Assembly (NCBI GenBank): GCA_041674765.1
Contig: JBAYVE010000002.1
Location: 113,467-177,466, forward strand
Source of the DNA: Patescibacteria group bacterium
Lineage (GTDB): Bacteria; Patescibacteriota; UBA1384; XYA2-FULL-43-10; 1-14-0-10-43-13
Length of the DNA: 64,000 nucleotides
Direction: 5' to 3'
The notes beneath the pieces were generated by a model. The model did no database searches and was not told where the DNA came from. It saw only the letters and a program-made list of their open reading frames with translations. The position numbers and the translations under genes were made by a program. Positions 55,872-61,162 of this stretch are shown here, one piece after another; position 1 is the first letter of the stretch; each line of letters opens with the position of its first letter.

Positions 55872-57206
55872 ATGTCTTTTAAATTAATCAAAAAATTAGA
55901 TAACGGTACCCGAATCGGGGAACTGGCGACGCCTCATGGTAAGATTGAGACGCCCTTTTTCATGCCGGTTGGAACTGTCGGCAGCGTGAAATCGGTTTCG
56001 CCGAATGAATTAAAAGAGCTAGGTTCAGAGATCATACTTAGTAATACTTATCATTTGTACTTGCGACCAGGGGAGAAACTGATCAAGGATTTTGGCGGAC
56101 TCCACAAATTTATGAGATGGGATCGGCCAATCCTTACAGACTCTGGGGGATACCAAGTTTTTTCTTTGGCAAGAGGGGACAACCATAATAAGAATGTCAT
56201 TTATGGTTCTGTCATTCCCGCGGAGGCGGGAATCCAGAAGACCAAGGAATTGGATCCCCGGGTCACCGTTCGACCCCGAGCGACTCACGGTCGAGGGGAG
56301 CCCGAGGATGACACCATTATTAGGGACAGCAAAAGGGGTCTTGTCAAAATTACCGAGGAAGGTGTGGAATTTAAATCATTTCTCGATGGCAGCAAACATT
56401 TTTTCACTCCTGAGAAAGTTATCCAAATTCAGCTTGATCTGGGCGTCGATATTCTGATGCCGCTAGATGTTTGTCCGAGCGGCAAAGCAACTCGAAAAGA
56501 AGTGGAAGAATCGGTTCGATTAACTATTTTATGGGCAAAAAGAGCAAAAGAATATTTTGATTGCAAGATACAAGAAACAAGAGACAATAATCAAAAAAAT
56601 AACAATACAACAATAAAACAATATGACAATCGACCTCTTCTTCATGGTATCGTTCAGGGTGGTTTATATGAAGATTTAAGAAGAGAGTGCGCCAAAGAAC
56701 TTATCAAATTGGACTTCGATGGCTATTCGGTCGGCGGATTGGCTGTTGATCATGAAACAAGGGATATGTGGGAGACGGTAAAACTGATGGGGGAGATATT
56801 GCCTCAGGATAAACAAAGGTATCTGATGGGTGTCGGTACACCGGATGATATTATAAAAGCTACAGAATTAGGCATGGATATGTTTGATTGTGTCTTGCCG
56901 ACACGTTTGGCGAGACACGGAAATGTGTATGTCAGAGCAGAAAGCCAAAAACAAAAAGCTAAAAATATTAACCTATATGAACTCATTAACCTCCTCAAAT
57001 CCGAATATCGAACCGATAGGGGAGTGATAGATGAAAATTGTGGCTGTGAAGCTTGCCAGAAGGGAACGGGTTTCTCAAAGGCCTACATTTCCCATCTAAT
57101 TCGTTCAAATGAGATTTTAGGGCTCAGACTTGCGACGTTGCACAATCTCTATCAATATCTGGAGCTTATGAGAGAACTCGGTTGGAGAGTGGAACGGGGA
57201 AAGTAG
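55872..57206 (+). CDS. tgt: queuine tRNA-ribosyltransferase carrying an in-frame repeat-element insertion
   Basis: Conserved Tgt blocks are present (FMPVGTVGSVK, PILTDSGGYQVFSL, YLMGVGTPDD, CxCxxC zinc site). An extra ~45-aa segment (…NVIYGSVIPAEAGIQKTKELDPRVTVRPRATHGRGEPEDDTII…) is encoded by a GTCATCC-type element. Confidence 0.85.
   Translation: MSFKLIKKLDNGTRIGELATPHGKIETPFFMPVGTVGSVKSVSPNELKELGSEIILSNTYHLYLRPGEKLIKDFGGLHKFMRWDRPILTDSGGYQVFSLARGDNHNKNVIYGSVIPAEAGIQKTKELDPRVTVRPRATHGRGEPEDDTIIRDSKRGLVKITEEGVEFKSFLDGSKHFFTPEKVIQIQLDLGVDILMPLDVCPSGKATRKEVEESVRLTILWAKRAKEYFDCKIQETRDNNQKNNNTTIKQYDNRPLLHGIVQGGLYEDLRRECAKELIKLDFDGYSVGGLAVDHETRDMWETVKLMGEILPQDKQRYLMGVGTPDDIIKATELGMDMFDCVLPTRLARHGNVYVRAESQKQKAKNINLYELINLLKSEYRTDRGVIDENCGCEACQKGTGFSKAYISHLIRSNEILGLRLATLHNLYQYLELMRELGWRVERGK
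56211..56316. repeat. GTCATCC-type palindromic element inserted in-frame inside tgt
   Basis: gtcattcccgcggaggcgggaatcc…ggaattggatccccgggtcacc…gggagcccgaggatgacacc. It includes an 8-bp perfect hairpin (ATTCCCGCggagGCGGGAAT). Confidence 0.6.
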
Positions 57207-57284
57207 AATGTAGAGAGTGGAATGTAGAATGGGGAGTGTAGAGCGTAGAATGTAGAACGTAGAATGGGGGGTGTGGAACGGGGC
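57187..57284. repeat. G-rich GTAGAATG/GGAATG tandem repeat (second copy of the 121-190 family)
   Basis: gagtggaacggggaaagtagaatgtagagagtggaatgtagaatggggagtgtagagcgtagaatgtagaacgtagaatggggggtgtggaacgggg. It starts within the last codons of tgt. Confidence 0.55.
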
Positions 57285-57389
57285 ATGTTCATCTGTGGAT
57301 TAGCCTTGACAGTCTTCTCTAGTTGCTTGATAATTGAATTAGCGATAGTCCAATCAATTCAAAGCATCATTTTTAAAATTTGGAGGAAG

Positions 57390-58766
57390 ATGACAAATAG
57401 TGCCGAACAGCAAGCGCCAGCCGAAGCGCGGCAAGCTGAGGCTGAGCAACAAGCACCTCAGATGACTCCCGAACAGCAACTGGCAGCCAATCGATCCACT
57501 GTATTGCAGAAGTCGCGGCAGGAAGCAGGATTTCTAAACTTCTTAACGAAAGCTTCAAAAGCTGCCGGAAATCTTGAGAAAGGTGGCGTTTTAGCTGAAG
57601 GTAGTGCAGAAGATTTAGAGGGATATATCCAGAAATATGAGCAGGTCAAGGAAGTTACAAAAGACCTCTCGGACGTTTATGAAAAGTCTATCTTCAAGGG
57701 GGTCGGCAAGATACCAAATGAGGCAAAGGCGAAAATTGTCGAATATTTAAATGAGTTGGCAATCAACGATGGATCAGAGTTTCAAAGAATCACCCAAGAT
57801 GTCAAAGATTTCAAGCAATTAGAAGGAGCTATCGGTCAGCAAGAAAAAGAACTTGAGAAATATGGTGATCTTGAAAAAATAAGAGAGGAAAGAGAGAAAT
57901 CGGATTCTGCCGCACAGGAGAAAGAGGCAGAGTTGGAGGCACTCAGGAGCGAGCGAGAAGAAAATGGTGACCTTTACGCTGGTGCCTCTATAAAAGTTGG
58001 TTGGATAAAGAAGAGAGATACTGATCCTGATGAGGCCGCAAGGCTTGCAAAGCTTATCCAGGAAAACGATGGCAAAATCAAGGCAGTTAGCGGCGAACTC
58101 GAGGCTTTGCGAAAAAAATCCAATGATGCAGGGGAAGCGATTCAAAAAGCTAAGGATACAGATACGGAAAAGTCACAGTCTGAATTCCGCTATGATGTCT
58201 TGAAAAAACAATTTATCGAAGAGGTTGGCGTCGTCAAGGATTTGAAGAATATCGCTATCAAAACTGTTGAGGAGCGATGCAAGGCACAAGCCTATACGAC
58301 AGAGACTGTCCACAATGATGATACCGACGAAGACGAGGAAGTGACTGAATTATCTGAAGACTTTGATAGTCTGTCAGCCGCAGCCGCCCAATTCGAAAGG
58401 GTGGCGGATAATCAGGAGCTTGATGTCGCCGGTACTGGTGGAGCGACCGCGAAAGGCGCTAGGGAAACTTATAAGACTGTCTTTGAGCAGCTGAAAGCGG
58501 TTATGTCGCTGAAGGTTTCCGATACTGTTTCCAATACCTCCTTCACCATAGAAAGTAATCTTGGTCAGATGGAGAAGGCGCTTGGTAATTTCGTTAAAAA
58601 AACTGAGGGCAATCCAGGGCAGCGGGCAGAATTGATAAATGCGTTGAAGGATACCAGAAAAGAGATGGCAGGATCTATCCAAAAGAAAGAGGCGGTCACG
58701 GGCGAGGAACAGAAGCTGATGGCGCTCAATTTGATTATTGGTGATTTAGAGACAGGAGGTAAATAA
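57390..58766 (+). CDS. cytoplasmic Glu/Lys-rich coiled-coil protein (GC-rich island 2)
   Basis: The ATG at 57390 is preceded by GGAGGAAG. The track ORF begins 42 codons earlier without an RBS. Composition is GC-rich. Confidence 0.55.
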   Translation: MTNSAEQQAPAEARQAEAEQQAPQMTPEQQLAANRSTVLQKSRQEAGFLNFLTKASKAAGNLEKGGVLAEGSAEDLEGYIQKYEQVKEVTKDLSDVYEKSIFKGVGKIPNEAKAKIVEYLNELAINDGSEFQRITQDVKDFKQLEGAIGQQEKELEKYGDLEKIREEREKSDSAAQEKEAELEALRSEREENGDLYAGASIKVGWIKKRDTDPDEAARLAKLIQENDGKIKAVSGELEALRKKSNDAGEAIQKAKDTDTEKSQSEFRYDVLKKQFIEEVGVVKDLKNIAIKTVEERCKAQAYTTETVHNDDTDEDEEVTELSEDFDSLSAAAAQFERVADNQELDVAGTGGATAKGARETYKTVFEQLKAVMSLKVSDTVSNTSFTIESNLGQMEKALGNFVKKTEGNPGQRAELINALKDTRKEMAGSIQKKEAVTGEEQKLMALNLIIGDLETGGK

Positions 58767-59059
58767 TGGCTAATTTCGATTATACAAGACTAGAGCAGCT
58801 GCAAGATGCAGGGGATTGGGCCGGCGCCAAGGCGATGATCAAAGGTTTCTTTGAAACTGAAGTAACCGCGGGGGATATCGGCGAGGTTTATGCTCGTCTC
58901 TCAATTGCTTATATCAGGGTTAGTAATGAGATCAATCAAAAGTATTCTCAGTTTTTGGCGGCCACTCTGGATGCGCTAAAAAAGGTGGATCAGGCAAAAA
59001 ATGAGAACGATAAGCAGATTGATATTGAGGCAGTCAGGAATCAAATCGCGGGATTGTAA
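58766..59059 (+). CDS. small hypothetical protein, translationally coupled to upstream gene
   Basis: AGGAGG RBS. The taATGg start overlaps the upstream stop. Length is 97 aa. Confidence 0.5.
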   Translation: MANFDYTRLEQLQDAGDWAGAKAMIKGFFETEVTAGDIGEVYARLSIAYIRVSNEINQKYSQFLAATLDALKKVDQAKNENDKQIDIEAVRNQIAGL

Positions 59060-59086
59060 TATTTGAAACAGGTGTCGAAACGAGAT

Positions 59087-59116
59087 AGCGCCGGGATAAG
59101 TTCGGCGCTTTTTTTG
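59087..59116 (+). terminator. Rho-independent terminator
   Basis: AGCGCCGggataagttCGGCGCTTTTTTTG. Confidence 0.7.
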
Positions 59117-59135
59117 TATGACGGAACCAAAACTC

Positions 59136-59163
59136 TTGACAAAAAATATAATTCTGATACAAT
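59136..59163 (+). promoter_or_regulatory. near-consensus promoter P1 (TTGACA-N16-TACAAT)
   Basis: ctcttgacaaaaaatataattctgatacaat. It shares the CTCTTGACAAAAA -35 context with P2. Confidence 0.55.
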
Positions 59164-59169
59164 GATCAG

Positions 59170-59530
59170 TTCTGAGGGTATGGTTCGACTTAGCTCGCCA
59201 TGAAGGAGTGCGGAAGTCCTCAGGAGGTAAATACATCTTTTAAAAAACAGATTACAGATAATACGGATATACAGAATATTCGTAAATTCATATCCATTCG
59301 TAATCTTCGTTTAGTACTTGCGTCAATGTGCTGGTAGTCAATCCATTTAATTGGAAATGTAGGTTCCCCCTCCGCCTGCATGATTATCAGCACAGTGCTG
59401 CAAGTCATATTACACCAATCTGATATTCTTCGACTCCGCGGTAATTCGAGGGTGGAGAAGTTCTCCACCTACTACGTAGAGTCGAACAATAGATATGTCA
59501 GAACGGCAGACGAGTTATTGATAAAGGGGC
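59170..59530 (+). ncRNA. candidate small RNA 1 (C-rich loop hairpin at 59357-59381)
   Basis: Lies downstream of P1. The hairpin is ATGTAGG-ttccccctccg-CCTGCAT. No RBS-led ORF is convincing. The 3' end is undefined. Confidence 0.3.
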
Positions 59531-59539
59531 GTATTCCTC

Positions 59540-59568
59540 TTGACAAAAACAAAGCAGTGTGATATAAT
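59540..59568 (+). promoter_or_regulatory. consensus promoter P2 (TTGACA-N17-TATAAT)
   Basis: ctcttgacaaaaacaaagcagtgtgatataat. Confidence 0.6.
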
Positions 59569-59574
59569 ATAAAG

Positions 59575-59790
59575 TGTTGGTTGATAGACCAGCAGTAAAA
59601 GATTACTTGATCATAAGATTGGCAGGTGGGAATGAGGGATCGGATGCCGATATAATGAATCGAAGAAATTGCAGGCGGCAGCGTCCTGCATAGCTCACAC
59701 CATCGCAAGATGGACAATGGGTTCCCCCTCCGCCCATTGAAGAGTTATGTAGGACATTGTTGCCTGTTTTTTAAAGCAAAACGGCATCAA
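59575..59790 (+). ncRNA. candidate small RNA 2 (C-rich loop hairpin at 59715-59739)
   Basis: The hairpin is CAATGGG-ttccccctccg-CCCATTG, with an 11-nt loop identical to that of sRNA 1. It is followed by a T-tract (tgcctgtttttt). Confidence 0.3.
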
Positions 59791-59930
59791 AACAGATTAC
59801 GGATTATTTAAGTATACAAATTTTGGATATTTAAGTAATCCTTTGAACTTTGACAATAGAATATTTATCCGGAGCAAGAAATTTTCATACATTGTTCGGC
59901 AATATTTGCATGCGAGATTCCCGCCTTCGC

Positions 59931-60063
59931 GGGAATGACAAAGAAATAGGGGAATGACAGAAAGTCTGGGGAATGACAAAGAAAACAGGAGAATGACAAA
60001 AAAAGGGGGAATATCAGAGAAATATGGGAATAATAGAGAAATAAGGGAATAGTAGATAGACAG
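59931..60063. repeat. iteron-like array: seven ~19-bp direct repeats of GGGAATGACAAAGAAA decaying 5'->3'
   Basis: gggaatgacaaagaaatag / gggaatgacagaaagtctg / gggaatgacaaagaaaacag / gagaatgacaaaaaaag / ggggaatatcagagaaatat / gggaataatagagaaataa / gggaatagtag. It is preceded by the hairpin ATTCCCGCcttcGCGGGAAT and lies 105 bp upstream of the 60169 gene. Confidence 0.6.
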
Positions 60064-60168
60064 AGAAGTTGGCAAACTATTGAAAATTTCTTTGCTCCGT
60101 ATAAAGCAGAGTCCGTCGATGCAATCCTGCTAGACGGTTGACACATATATCCTGAGGAGGATACGACG

Positions 60169-61017
60169 ATGAGGTTTTTATTCCTCTTAGTGTTGGCCGT
60201 CGCATTATTGTCGACGACGGCAGCGTGGGCAAGTGGCTCAACCATGCCCGCGCCGGACAAAAAAGGTGCCCCGTCGGCTTCGCTGAAAAAAGACGGAAGT
60301 ACCTATGAATTCCACTTCCATTTCGATGGCAGTGGAAATCGGCGTACTACCCGCCGTCAGCATTCGCAGCCCTCTGTGTCTCCTGCAACCACCCGGTCGC
60401 AGGAAGACAGCCAGAACAAAAACATCTCCCGTTTGGACAGCAATCAGCAGGAGATGGGGGCAGCGATCAATCAGCTCGCTGCCAATGACACCTCACAGAA
60501 TCAGGCGATTGCAGCTGGCCAGCAAAAAGACCAGCAGCAAGACAATCAAATCCAGGCGAATGAAAAAAAATTGGAGGAGAACATTATGCCGATGTGGGCA
60601 ATAATCTTAGGCCTTGTACTGCTGTTCTTGTTAGTTGCTGGCACGATCACATTCATGTGGATCCGTGCATCCATCGCTGGTAAGGCAGCAGCTGCGGCAA
60701 CACCGCCGCCGACTACTCCTGGCGATCCACCCCTGAACCCTCCGTTGCTCCCTGTCGATCTTAACCTCGACGGGATCAAGGAGGTCAACCCCGACGAAGT
60801 CATCAAAGCGAATTTCGCTTTGGATTACCGAAATGATAGGCTTCGAGGGGTTCGATTGAGCCTACGTCCGGGATCTGCGCCGGCTGAGTCCGCCTCGGAC
60901 CGCAGCGGAGGTGGAAATGTTATTAACAATAGCATTTTCCTGAATGGCGCGAAATCCCTCGGAGATGCTCTTCGGGGCGACGCGCCGGAGCCCGAGGCCC
61001 CTCCGCAAACATCTTAA
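60169..61017 (+). CDS. signal-peptide + mid-protein TM hypothetical protein, Gln-rich, Pro-rich linker (GC-rich island 2)
   Basis: GGAGG RBS. The signal peptide is MRFLFLLVLAVALLSTTAAWA. The internal TM is WAIILGLVLLFLLVAGTITFMWI. Confidence 0.55.
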   Translation: MRFLFLLVLAVALLSTTAAWASGSTMPAPDKKGAPSASLKKDGSTYEFHFHFDGSGNRRTTRRQHSQPSVSPATTRSQEDSQNKNISRLDSNQQEMGAAINQLAANDTSQNQAIAAGQQKDQQQDNQIQANEKKLEENIMPMWAIILGLVLLFLLVAGTITFMWIRASIAGKAAAAATPPPTTPGDPPLNPPLLPVDLNLDGIKEVNPDEVIKANFALDYRNDRLRGVRLSLRPGSAPAESASDRSGGGNVINNSIFLNGAKSLGDALRGDAPEPEAPPQTS

Positions 61018-61162
61018 CTGCCCCGCCCCCAGGGATGGGAAACGAGGGAATACCGAATGGGAAGTTGCTCAAGTCTTCGGACAAGGGCTCTTCCCATTTT
61101 TTTATTACTAAAATACCACCTGCAAGTGCCAGGTGGTATTTCAAAAAGGTTATCATTTTATG

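Noticed and set aside
59199-59336. 45-codon ORF (MKECGSPQEV…) inside candidate sRNA 1
   Set aside because: It has no Shine-Dalgarno sequence. Its composition is unlike proteins in this genome. The paired sRNA 2 has no equivalent ORF, whereas the hairpin loop is conserved between the two.
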